Shown here: positions 53,702 through 64,000 of the stretch, piece by piece
Position numbering within the stretch: the first letter of the stretch is position 1
How the letters are laid out: every line of letters starts with the position of its first letter
Source of the DNA: Hormiphora californensis
Lineage: Eukaryota; Animalia; Ctenophora
DNA length: 64,000 nt
Reading direction: 5' to 3'
NCBI GenBank assembly: GCA_020137815.1
Contig: CM035359.1
Coordinates: 868,001-932,000, forward strand
Program-made: the position numbers and the translations under genes
Notes under the pieces: model-generated
Databases searched by the model: none
What the model was told of the DNA's origin: nothing
Seen by the model: only the letters and a program-made list of their open reading frames with translations

Positions 53702-56601
53702 CAGTCGAACCCCGATTTAACGGCACCCTCGGGGGAAAGGGTTTTGTCCGTTAAACACCCCCTGTCCGGAGTACTGCTTTTTTTTCTTCTGTGTGTGTGT
53801 CGCAACACTGGAATCGTGCGCGTTCAGGGCATGTTTCAAGTTCCACGTGTCATAGCGTAGCCCCTAATTAGATTAACGAATAATTATTCACACTAGGTTC
53901 AAGCCAAAACAATTCCTAATACCGTAGATCAAACCCGGACTTGATTGGATAAACACAGGCTAGGCTATGGGCTCTTTTGTAAAAGTCGTCATGATTCTGT
54001 ACACCACAGAATCTGTCAACCTAGGCAGCTTCTCCGGCTCACTGAAAGAGTAATATCCCGAAATTCAAAAAAAGGCGAGATATGCCCTCTAGACAATTGT
54101 CTGCTGAAGAAGCTGGTGTAATTTTTTTCAAGATCCGACGTAAGACGTAGCCAGTTAGCTGTAACATTTGAAATCATGCTCATAATTCGTGTGGTGCGTC
54201 ACAGTGCTGACACATTGGATGTTTAGAGAGTACTGCTTTTTTCCGGAGTACTGCTTTTTCTCTCTCTGCCAAGAGGGCGCGTAGGGGGCTGTGTGTGGGG
54301 ACTGTGAATGTGTTGGAGTGTGGTGTATCAAGGCAGTGTGTGTGGTATTCTGATTTCTGTCTCTTACACGACTTAGTGTACCGGATATTATAAGAGTAGA
54401 CTGTTATTATACATGACACATAATGCTTCATATTCCCCTGAGCTGTCCCTACCGGCGACCCCACCCCTCATCTGCTCCATCTCTCAGCTAACCTACCCCT
54501 CATCTACTCCAACTACCAGGCACCAGCTATCCTACCCCTCATCTCCCTCATCTACTCCATCTCTCAGCTATCCTACCCCTCATCTATACTTCATCTCTCA
54601 GATATCCTACCCCTCATCTACGCCATCTCTCTGCTACCCTGCCCCTCATCTACTTGATCTCTCAGCTACCCTGCCCCTCATCTACTTGATCTCTCAGCTA
54701 CCCTACCCCTCATCTACTCGATCTCTCAGCTACCCTATCCCGTATATACTCTATCTCTCAGCTACCCTTCCCCCTCCCCATCTACTAAATCTCTCAGCTA
54801 CCCTGCCCCTCATCTCAGCAGTCAGCTACCTTACCCCTCATCTACTTCAACTCTCAGGTACCCTACCCCTCATATAATACATCTCTCAGATATCCTACCC
54901 CTCATCTATTCCATCTCTCAGCTATCCTACCCCACAGCTACCATATTCCTCAGGTACCCCAATACTCCATCCTGCTAGATAACTGTAAGATCTTATTAGA
55001 TGCTTCCCCCAGGATACCCACCAGACCAGGTTGTAAGGGTACCTGAAAGGTTCTAAGGAGTATCTACACAGTTATCTAGCAGGATGGAGTATTGGGGTAC
55101 CTGAGGAACATGGTAGCTGTGGGGCAGAATAGCTGAGAGATGGAATAGATGAGGGGTAGGATATCTGAGAGATGTATTATATGAGGGGTAGGGTACCTGA
55201 GAGTTGAAGTAGATGAGGGGTAAGGTAGCTGACTGCTGAGATGAGGGGCAGGGTAGCTGAGAGATTTAGTAGATGGGGAGGGGGAAGGGTAGCTGAGAGA
55301 TAGAGTATATACGGGATAGGGTAGCTGAAAGATCGAGTAGATGAGGGGTAGGGTAGCTGAGAGATCAAGTAGATGAGGGGCAGGGTAGCAGAGAGATGGC
55401 GTAGATGATGGCTAGGGTAGCTGAGAGATGGAGTAGATGAGGGGTAGGATACCTGAGAGATGAAGTATAGATGAGGGGTCTGGGGTAGGGTAGCTGAGAG
55501 ATGGAGTAGATGAGGGGCACTGGGAAGGGTAGCTGAGAGATAGAGTAGATAAGGGATAGGGTAGCTGAGAGATGGAGTAGATGAGGGGTAGGGACCCGAC
55601 TAGGGTATCTGAGAGATGGAGTAGATGACTGATCATGAGGGGTAGGATATCTGAGAGATGCAGTAGATGAGGGGAAGGATAGCTGAGAGATGGAGTAGAT
55701 GAGGGAGATGAGGGGTAGGATAGCTGGTGCCTGGTAGTTGGAGTAGATGAGGGGTAGGTTAGCTGAGAGATGGAGCAGATGAGGGGTGGGGTCGCCGGTA
55801 GGGACAGCTCAGGGGAATATGAAGCATTATGTGTCATGTATAATAACAGTCTACTCTTATAATATCCGGTACACTAAGTCGTGTAAGAGACAGAAATCAG
55901 AATACCACACACACTGCCTTGATACACCACACTCCAACACATTCACAGTCCCCACACACAGCCCCCTACGCGCCCTCTTGGCAGAGAGAGAAAAAGCAGT
56001 ACTCCGGAAAAAAGCAGTACTCTCTAAACACCAATGTGTCAGCACTGTGACGCACCACACGAATTATGAGCATGATTTCAAATGTTACAGCTAACTGGCT
56101 ACGTCTTACGTCGGATCTTGAAAAAAATTACACCAGCTTCTTCAGCAGACAATTGTCTAGAGGGCATATCTCGCCTTTTTTTGAATTTCGGGATATTACT
56201 CTTTCAGTGAGCCGGAGAAGCTGCCTAGGTTGACAGATTCTGTGGTGTACAGAATCATGACGACTTTTACAAAAGAGCCCATAGCCTAGCCTGTGTTTAT
56301 CCAATCAAGTCCGGGTTTGATCTACGGTATTAGGAATTGTTTGGGCTTGAACCTAGTGTGAATAATTATTCGTTAATCTAATTAGGGGCTACGCTATGAC
56401 ACGTGGAACTTGAAACATGCCCTGAACGCGCACGATTCCAGTGTTGCGACACACACACAGAAGAAAAAAAAGCAGTACTCCGGACAGGGGGTGTTAAATC
56501 GGGGTGTCCGCTAAATCGGGGTCAAATACTGTTGATTTTCTATATCGGGGGAAGATTAGGCTGCCGTTAAATCGGGGGGCCGCTAAATCGGGGTCCGACT
56601 G
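53702..56601. mobile_element. family-B MITE split by a large nested foldback element
   Basis: TA|CAGTCGAACCCCG... at 53702 and ...GGGTCCGACTG|TA at 56601. Confidence 0.85.
53756..56493. mobile_element. 2.7-kb foldback element, CAC...GTG termini, 5-bp TSD, minisatellite-bearing arms
   Basis: ttaaa|CACCCCCTGTCCGG...CCGGACAGGGGGTG|ttaaa. Arms of ~1.2-1.4 kb surround an ~80-bp spacer (~54988-55066); mirror ORFs 54180-/55786+. Confidence 0.9.
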
Positions 56602-57369
56602 TATTAGCATTAGAGAATTGTTAGCAGAATAGCAAAATTATTAGGAGATCATATAATACTTACATACGTATAAGAGAATTATTAGGATAATTATTAGGAT
56701 ATAATATTGTAGGGCTGGAAAATGCTCAGCCTACAAAACCATTTCACACAACCATTAAATATAGGTAGAGAGAAGGTTAGAATCACTTGGTGACTCGGAG
56801 GTTGCTTGACATATGTATATTATTTGGTTTGATCCGTAATTCAAAAATGAAACCTGTTTTTTGTGTTATAGAAAAGGTCTTTATTCTACTCTGTTATCTT
56901 GAATTAAAAATAAAATTCCTCCTCCCTAAATTCAGTACTTCCATATAATTATTCAAGAATTAACGATATTCCATAAAACCCCATGTAATCTCACACACCA
57001 TACAGCATTGCAAAGCATTCTTCTAGCTCTCCACGATAATGACACCTGTCACTTAAAAGACATTAAATTAGCACCGATCTGTTAGAGAGTGGAGATATAA
57101 TATCTTGATATGACTCACTGTATGATGACATCATGAAGTTACTGAAGATTACTCGTCAGGTGACTCAACAGGGAATCCTAGTGTTTTTATTTCCAGTGTT
57201 TATTTTCTGAGAGTTCAATCAGTGATCCTTCACTAATAATAATGCGGTATTTCCCTACCCTCCGGCTAATGTAATGTGAGGTCCTTCACCCCCAGCCTAA
57301 CCCTCCATTGTGATGAGAGAGATGGTCGAACAAGGCAACCACAACCCCATTCACTGGATAGTAGTATAC

Positions 57370-57478
57370 CAGGAACCGACCGAATCAGGAAATACTGGTC
57401 CCTGATTGGCTGATAACCAGTCACGTGATCTAAATAACGAGCTCTGATTGGTTGTTTACTTGTGTCGGTCGGTTCCTG
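57370..57478 (+). mobile_element. hAT-like MITE copy
   Basis: Full CAGGAACCGACC...GGTCGGTTCCTG with a degenerate 8-bp TSD. Confidence 0.85.
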
Positions 57479-58490
57479 TAATATATACCATATGCCATAT
57501 ATTTTCTTTTCATTGTTTCACATTTAATTTCACAATTCACAACGACACTGCAATTCGCGTGTAATGAATGAGGGAACAGGACTTGCAGGAGGGAGAAAGG
57601 GATGGGCAGTTAAATGATGAGTGTAGGTTTGTATGAATATTATTCTCCATACCAAATTATTATGCAGCATTCCCTATCCACCGTGTTTTACGGGTAATTA
57701 TATTCCCTTATATACGATCTTCAACTTGAAGTTCTAACCCCCCGATAACCCATTTAACCTTTATTCTGGGACTGTATATTATATTGTATATAAGAATGCC
57801 TTATTAAGGCATAAAATAACGATCAAGACAACTGACAAATGCCGACTGAAAATAATCAGATAATGTCTGGAAAACAACTAAACAATATAAGGGGAATTTG
57901 ACCTGTCGACTAGATTTAATCAGAGGAGAATTTAACATACCCCATCTCCTGAAGGAGTTGCAGCTAGGATCCTCGTAGGACCACTTGTGCGGGTAACTTT
58001 ACACAAAGCACTGGTAGACGTTCGGACATCGTCTGTCTTTACAGTAACGTAAATCACATTCTTCAAATCTAGGGGACGTAAAGCAAGGTATAAAACTAAT
58101 GAGCATCACACAACTATAATTAGATGTGATATGCTGATATATTAATTTTAGACGTGTTATTGTGTGTTTAAACTCTGCTTTGTTTAACGAGTCTCGTATC
58201 TGGATGGGTTATTGGGTTACCTCTGAAAGGTGGAGGGGACTGTTGTGGTGGTGTTGACGTATTGAGTTTAACCATACTCCATGGATGGACCGTTTTTCAT
58301 TTTCTAGTTCATTCTGGAAAGAAGAATGGCGCATGGTTAAGTGAGTTGTTGTATTAATCATGATAACACGGGGGATTACGGGGGCTCGAATAGAAAGTGT
58401 GGTGAAACGTAATGCGCAGATGAAACGTCCGGGCAGTCTATACGGGCGATCTATACAGGCGATCTATTCGGGCCCCCGCAATCCGCTGCC

Positions 58491-59094
58491 GGTGGGCGGA
58501 CTCTAGTGCTAACGGACTCTATATCTAAATCCAAGGCGGACTCTATATCTAAAAACGGACTCTTTATCTACAGTTAGATTTTGAAAAAAGTTTAGATAAA
58601 GAGTCCTCCCTGTGTAGACTTTTTAGATAAAGAGTCCGCCCTGTGTAGAATTTTTAGATATAGAGTCCTCTAGTACATTTTGGCGCCAAATCCTCCAACC
58701 CGGACTCTATGTCTAAAATCCTAACCCAACCCAAAACCTAACCCTAACCCTAACCCTAACCCTAACCCTAACCCTAACCCTAACCCTAACCTCGAACCCA
58801 AATAACGGCCCTAACACTTCTAAACTAGTATAGGGGTAGAGCAAACTCTCGTTTCCGGCCTAACGGCCGAAATCTCGAGTTCGCGGCGAAAGGCGGACTC
58901 TATATCTAATTTAGATTTATGTAGATATAGAGTCCACTTTGTTTAGACTTTTTAGATAAAGAGTCCGCCCTGTGTAGACTTTTTAGATAAAGAGTCCTCC
59001 TAGAGTTTAGACTTATTTGGACTCTTTATCTAAATCTAAATTTAGATATAGAGTCCACTGTAGACTTAGAGTGTAGCACTAGAGTCCGCACACC
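58491..59094. mobile_element. TIR element with subterminal ggactctatatctaaa repeats and internal telomeric tract
   Basis: GGTGGGCGGACTCTAGTGCTA...TAGCACTAGAGTCCGCACACC; TSD not evident. Confidence 0.65.
58737..58792. repeat. interstitial telomeric repeat (CCCTAA) x ~9
   Basis: Perfect hexamer run. Confidence 0.95.
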
Positions 59095-59312
59095 CCCGGG
59101 GGCGGGATGCCCCCATTAGGTGCTAGAAGTAGAAGTCAAAACGACCGTATCCGTAGGAAGACACCACCCATCGATTCGCACGTGTAGTATCCACCAACTC
59201 TGTCCAGTGTCCACTGTCCAGTCTTCACCAACCCCCTTTCCCACCAATCATAAAAACAACAACCCCTCCATTTTTACGTAAAAATCCCGTCCTACAACCT
59301 GTATTTAATATA

Positions 59313-60509
59313 CAGGGTGTCCCACTGTCTTTGCATCACCTGTGATTTTGGGTGATGAGTGGGTTCCATTCAAATGCCCATAACTCATCGAAAAGTAGGT
59401 CAAAACGGCTCAACCAAAAACAGTGTTGTAGAGAATTGTCAGGCGCACATTTGGGTACAAGATTGACGTTAAAAGTCTTACCAATCGTCTGATATATCGT
59501 CGTAAAGTCAAAATTACGTGTTCATGAAATCCGACCGGGGTTCACGTTTTGAAAAATTCACAAATGCAAAGTTGCTCGGATCACATTGCATCCCTCATAA
59601 GAGTTGTAGGAAATTGTCTGGCGGTCATTTTGGTACCCGGGTTTTTATCCTAGCTCAATGTTTAGAGTGTCTTAAGACTGTCAGAACTGGAATTTTCCCA
59701 AAAGTAGTCCCAGGTATCGCATTGCATTTTGCCCTGTTATGAAGCTCATATCTGCTTGAATAACATCTTAGTGCATGATAGGGTTGAGATAGACCACTTG
59801 CGTATCCTACACATTAACAGGGGCCTTGCCAAATCGTCATAACAACCCTGTCAAGTGTCTAGATGAAATTGAGACGATATGTGCTGATTATCATGCGATT
59901 ACACACGACACCGAGCCACCTAATTAGGGGTTGTGAGCCGATACCAACTAAGACTCAGCATAAAAAATCTTCATGTTCCTACAGTCATAACTCAACTTAA
60001 ACGTAGAGCTATGGAAAAACCATGGTATCAAAATGAACCTTAGACGATTCCAATGAAGCTCTTGTAAATTTCAAATAATTTTACCCATTTGTTGATGACA
60101 CGTGATCCCCTCAAAAATGCTGGTTGAATTTCGTCTTTAGACAGTCATAAGACACTCTAAACATTGAGCTAGGACAAAAACCCGGGTACCAAAATGACCG
60201 CCAGACAATTTCCCACAACTTTTATTAGGGATGCAATGTGATCCGAGCAACTTTGCATTTGTGAATTTTTCAAAACGTGAACCCCGGTCGGATTTCATAA
60301 TCATGTACTTGTGACTTTACGACGATATATCTGACGATTGGTAAGACTTGGAACATCAATCTTGTACCCAAATGTGTGCCTGACAATTCTCTACAACACT
60401 GTTTTTGGTTGAGCCGTTTTGACCTACTTTTCGATGAGTTATGGGCATTTGAATGGAACCAACTCATCACCCAAAATCACAGGTGATGCAAAGACAGTGG
60501 GACACCCTG
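59313..60509. mobile_element. Tc1/mariner-like non-autonomous element with ~370-bp TIRs
   Basis: TA|CAGGGTGTCCCACTGTC...GACAGTGGGACACCCTG|TA. Confidence 0.88.
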
Positions 60510-61199
60510 TAGTAAGATGCAAAGATTACTCTTCGTTAAATATGGTTTCTGTCTAAGAAGAAACATGCACTCGAATGTTTCCTAAACAGCGACAGAAAAG
60601 AGGTTTTACCCAAAACACGTGGGCTGGAAACTCGAGATTTCAGAAGATCAGGCCAAAAAGTTAATAATTATCAAGAAGTTTTTCGCGCGCGGTGTGGAAT
60701 TTATCTAATGCGCGGGGAATATTTGCGCGTCCAAAAACTACGTTTCTTGCCAGTACAGTGTGATATTTTTTTCCAGACAACCCCTGACTGACCCCAGTAC
60801 AAAATCTAAACAGTAAATTTTGGGAGTTTATAATTGTCGTAAATGATATATATGTATTTCCACATGCAATTCAGTGAATGACAGCTCAAATTCAAAATAA
60901 ATGTTTCAGTTTATCTCTCACTCTCTATACAACCCTTTCCCCCTCTCTCTCACTCCCCCTCTCTCTCTCTCCCCTCCCTCTCTCTTTCCTCTCACACACT
61001 CTCACTTGCACTTTGACCTTGATAGCAATACTATGACTCTCGAGTTAGACGATAGACTATACATAATATTAACAACAATTTGAAGTCTATTACATATTTC
61101 TAGAGTCTCTATTATTAACATAAATCATTTGGTCAACATATACCAGTACCAAAAAAAGCAGGTCTGTTATTATTACACACAAGGTTCAAACGCCCGGTA

Positions 61200-61657
61200 C
61201 CTCCTCAATATAATCCTCCTCGACAAATCCCAGCATCCGCTCCAGCGCATCTGTTGTGCTTATAATGGACCTAAGGGAGGGAGTTGGTGAGTATGGGGGT
61301 CAAACAAGGTCAGGAGAGAGATGGGGTTGCAGTGAGTAGGCTGTAGGGGATCAGACAAGGCCAGGAGGGAGGGGGTTGGTGAAATAGGGGGTCAAACAAG
61401 GCCAGGAGAGGGAGGTATGTAGCTGTAAAAGTCACAATCATTTTCAATAGCCTCTGCACTCATGTAGGTCTACCTCATCAGGCAATGGGCATTTGGCAAT
61501 CTTGTGTTTTATTCTTTGGTCCCTTTCTAGTCTCTTCCATATTTCTCTCTCTCTCAAAATCTCTCGTCTCTCTCGTCTCGATCGCTTCCTCTCTGTCATC
61601 TCATCTCTCAGGGCTCCTCTCTCATCTCTTACAATCGTCTCTCTCCTCTCTTTTCTC

Positions 61658-61698
<41 letters not shown>

Positions 61699-61866
61699 TC
61701 TCCCTCTCTCCGGATGTGTGGGGCAAAGCCCACCTTGAGAGTGGATATAATACTTGTTCACTGAGCACCAATACTTCGTCCGTGGTGCAAGCCCTTTCAT
61801 AACGTATCGGTAGGGCGCGGTGAGACAGAGTATAAGACAGCCGCGCGACATTGCTTGCGCGCGCAT
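61200..61866 (-). CDS. possible small exons of an unidentified minus-strand gene
   Basis: AG/GT-bounded segments at ~61201-61270, 61474-61500 and 61735-61866; phases do not join unambiguously. Confidence 0.25.
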
Positions 61867-62012
61867 CTTGCAGTGACTTGTCAAAAACTCATCAATTTGC
61901 TGATCAATCATGATCATGTTTGACCGACGGACCCGTGATGTTGTTTGCCTCGCCCCTGTTTCAGCAAAACATGATATTATTCAAACTTTCATTAATTAGT
62001 TAATCGTTTCAG

Positions 62013-63850
62013 GAAGTAGAGATAGAATATGGGGACCTAGGACAAGTAGCTCTGGGGCGACCCGGCCGATTATAGTCGAAGTGGTCTCTTTGTCTGTCCC
62101 AAATTGGCTTCTGTTGTGCCTATGCAATCTTTATACCAACAAATATTGTGCAGTGCCTACCATCAATCAACTACCATATTTTATTGTGAGTATTCCTTGC
62201 CTCTTACTAGACCCACTGTATTCTCTTTCTGATCTAACTAAACTGAAAGAAGCAAGAAAAAATTTCTGTATCTTTCTCACTCACACTCACAAACGTCACA
62301 AAGGATATCCAAACAGACATCTTACTTATGTTTCCCATTTTAAACTTGCCTAGCTAGCTGTACGTGTGCCCGGCGAGCCCGCAACCCTTAAACAACATTC
62401 ATCACTCTCTCGCTGTAATTCTCATGATCCTATACTCTTCCAGGCTTTTCCTTCTCCTGATGGATTCTACTAAATCTACTGCGTACTCTCAAGTCCCTCG
62501 CGGTATTTTCTCTCATGGCTGATTTCGCTACTTTATTCGCTTATGTAGTCGTGTTCTGGTTTGATTTCGAGCACTTCGACATATTGAGTGAGTTATAAAG
62601 TTAGCTGGTACAAGTGTTTAGTTGGCTTTTTGGAGCTATCATTAATCTTTGCCTTGATCGACCCTCCTTTAATAATAAAATAGTTTGAACAAAACAAATT
62701 AATTTTAACATCCCCATCCCCCATTATAGGAAGGGACTACGGGAGGAATCTCTTGCTAATTTACCGTTCTTCCTTGGTATCAGTATATACTGTTTTGAGG
62801 GCGCTGGAATGATTCTCTCTCTAGAAGGATCCGTTACTGGATCTCTTAGAAAATCATTCAAACAGATCTTCAGTAAAGCGTGAGTTTTAATCACACTAGC
62901 GCCTAGTAGTTTCTATTTCTGCTCTAGTCACCATTTCTCATTCCTTTATCTTAGTTAACTTCTAATACCTAAAAGGGGGGATTATTTATCATTTCTAACT
63001 GTAAATATATTCTCGTTCAGTATTCTGGTGTTAACAGCGTTATACATAACATTTGGGGTGTGCGGGTACATGTCACTTTGGTCCACACTACAGAGCAGAT
63101 AATCACACTAAACCTACCTACTGGTGTTGTTCCCAATATTGTGAGATTGTGTCTCAGTTTCAGTCTCTTCTTTACCTTCCCAGGTACAGGAATGAGTTGG
63201 TAATAATCAGCGGTGTTTGATTGCCAAGCTAGACTGTTTTACAGGCTACAGTGTCCACCACACCGCGAGCAGCCGCTGTGTTCCTAGTTTCATGTCAGGC
63301 CAAAAGACTCCCCCTAACCACTATTACTTTTCAGTTATGATGTTCCCAGTAGTTAAACTATTAGATAAGAAGTTAGCTTTGAAAGACAACAGAGTCAAAT
63401 CGGTTAGTTCCAAATATCAGAAATGCAGCCTTGCAATTACACCACCCCGTTCCCCAGGGCCCACGACTTTGCATTGATTTTTTAATGGAATGCGGTTTTT
63501 GAACTGAATTTTGTCTAACAAAGCTTCCTCTCTCCTTCAGAATTGTATGCGAGTCTGCTTGGTCCTCCTCACCTATGTAGTAATATCGGTTGTCCCTAAT
63601 TTCTCGCTCCTGATGGCATTTGTTGGGGGGACTTGTTGTACTTTACTGGGATTCATTCTTCCCGCTCTTTTCCATCTTACTATCTTTAAAGAGTGAGTTA
63701 AATGTTAACATTGGTAATGTTAATTGATATTGGCATGGTTAACATTATGATTAACTGTAATATTGTTAACACCCCCTCCCCCTTGTTCAGTTCACTGACA
63801 CAAACGGAAAAGATATGGGAAATCATTATTCTATCCATTGGGATATTAGG
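62013..63850 (+). CDS. amino-acid transporter, Aa_trans family (SLC36/AVT3/ANT1-like); internal exons ~62013-62185, 62444-62587, 62730-62879, 63021-63184, 63335-63402, 63541-63690, 63791-63850
   Basis: YGDLG...SQIGFCCAYAIFI, LRTLKSLAVFSLMADF, GISIYCFEGAGMILSLE, FGVCGYMS, IITLNLP, FTFPVMMFPV, VPNFSLLMAFVGGTCCTLLGFILP. Several 1-nt frameshifts; first and last exons not seen. Confidence 0.9.
62649..62697. mobile_element. 49-bp micro-element, same family as 3205-3263
   Basis: attaatct|TTGCCTTGATCGA...TTGAACAAAACAA|attaattt. Confidence 0.7.
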
Positions 63851-64000
63851 GTGAGTTGATGGAGAGAATCCCAATCCCCTGTCTTTAAATCCCCCCACCC
63901 ATTGTTGGATATATATGATATTATGATAGTGTGACTTCTACAGCTACATACCTCCCTCTCCTGGCCTTGTTTGACGCCCTACTCACCAATCCCTCCCTCT

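Noticed and set aside
54180-56094. Mirror-image duplicated ORFs (also 25769/26152 and 50537/51400) as inverted gene pairs
   Set aside because: They arise from palindromic transposon arms and show no recognisable domains.
22390-63100. Frameshifts in RABGGTA, the intronless GPCR and the transporter as pseudogenes or programmed frameshifting/RNA editing
   Set aside because: Single-base indels recur in otherwise well-conserved genes without slippery-site signals; consensus error is more likely.

Overview
Repeat-rich, intron-containing animal (eukaryotic) genomic DNA, not prokaryotic. It is most likely a ctenophore of the Pleurobrachia type; this is an inference from a dispersed MITE I recall from such gene models and from the divergent GPCRs, and I have not verified it. 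Spliced genes read by eye: a 161-aa secreted two-domain protein (4515-6147 +), a multi-exon class A GPCR (7503-11550 -), an unknown low-complexity protein (12023-13989 +), NSRP1/CCDC55 (18788-21324 +), the 5' part of RABGGTA (22055-23481 +), an intronless GPCR (24562-25633 -), a very acidic protein with a MARCKS-like basic motif (31982-40011 -), orphan exons (47518-48631 -) and an SLC36/AVT3-type amino-acid transporter (62013 to the window end, +). Introns and spacers hold many non-autonomous DNA transposons, classified here from termini and target-site duplications (TSDs): piggyBac-, MULE-, Tc1/mariner-, hAT-, Transib- and IS3EU-like elements, a Helitron dimer and 50-60 bp micro-elements. There is also an RLE non-LTR retrotransposon remnant and many mini- and microsatellites. 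The most unusual structure is a ~25-copy 90-bp array that amplifies an exon end encoding ETPSKKKGFMSK together with its splice donor. The assembly has quality problems: two 100-N gaps, a 3.2-kb homopolymer-smeared block, single-base frameshifts and a noisy local duplication. All coordinates were counted by hand and may be off by a few bases.
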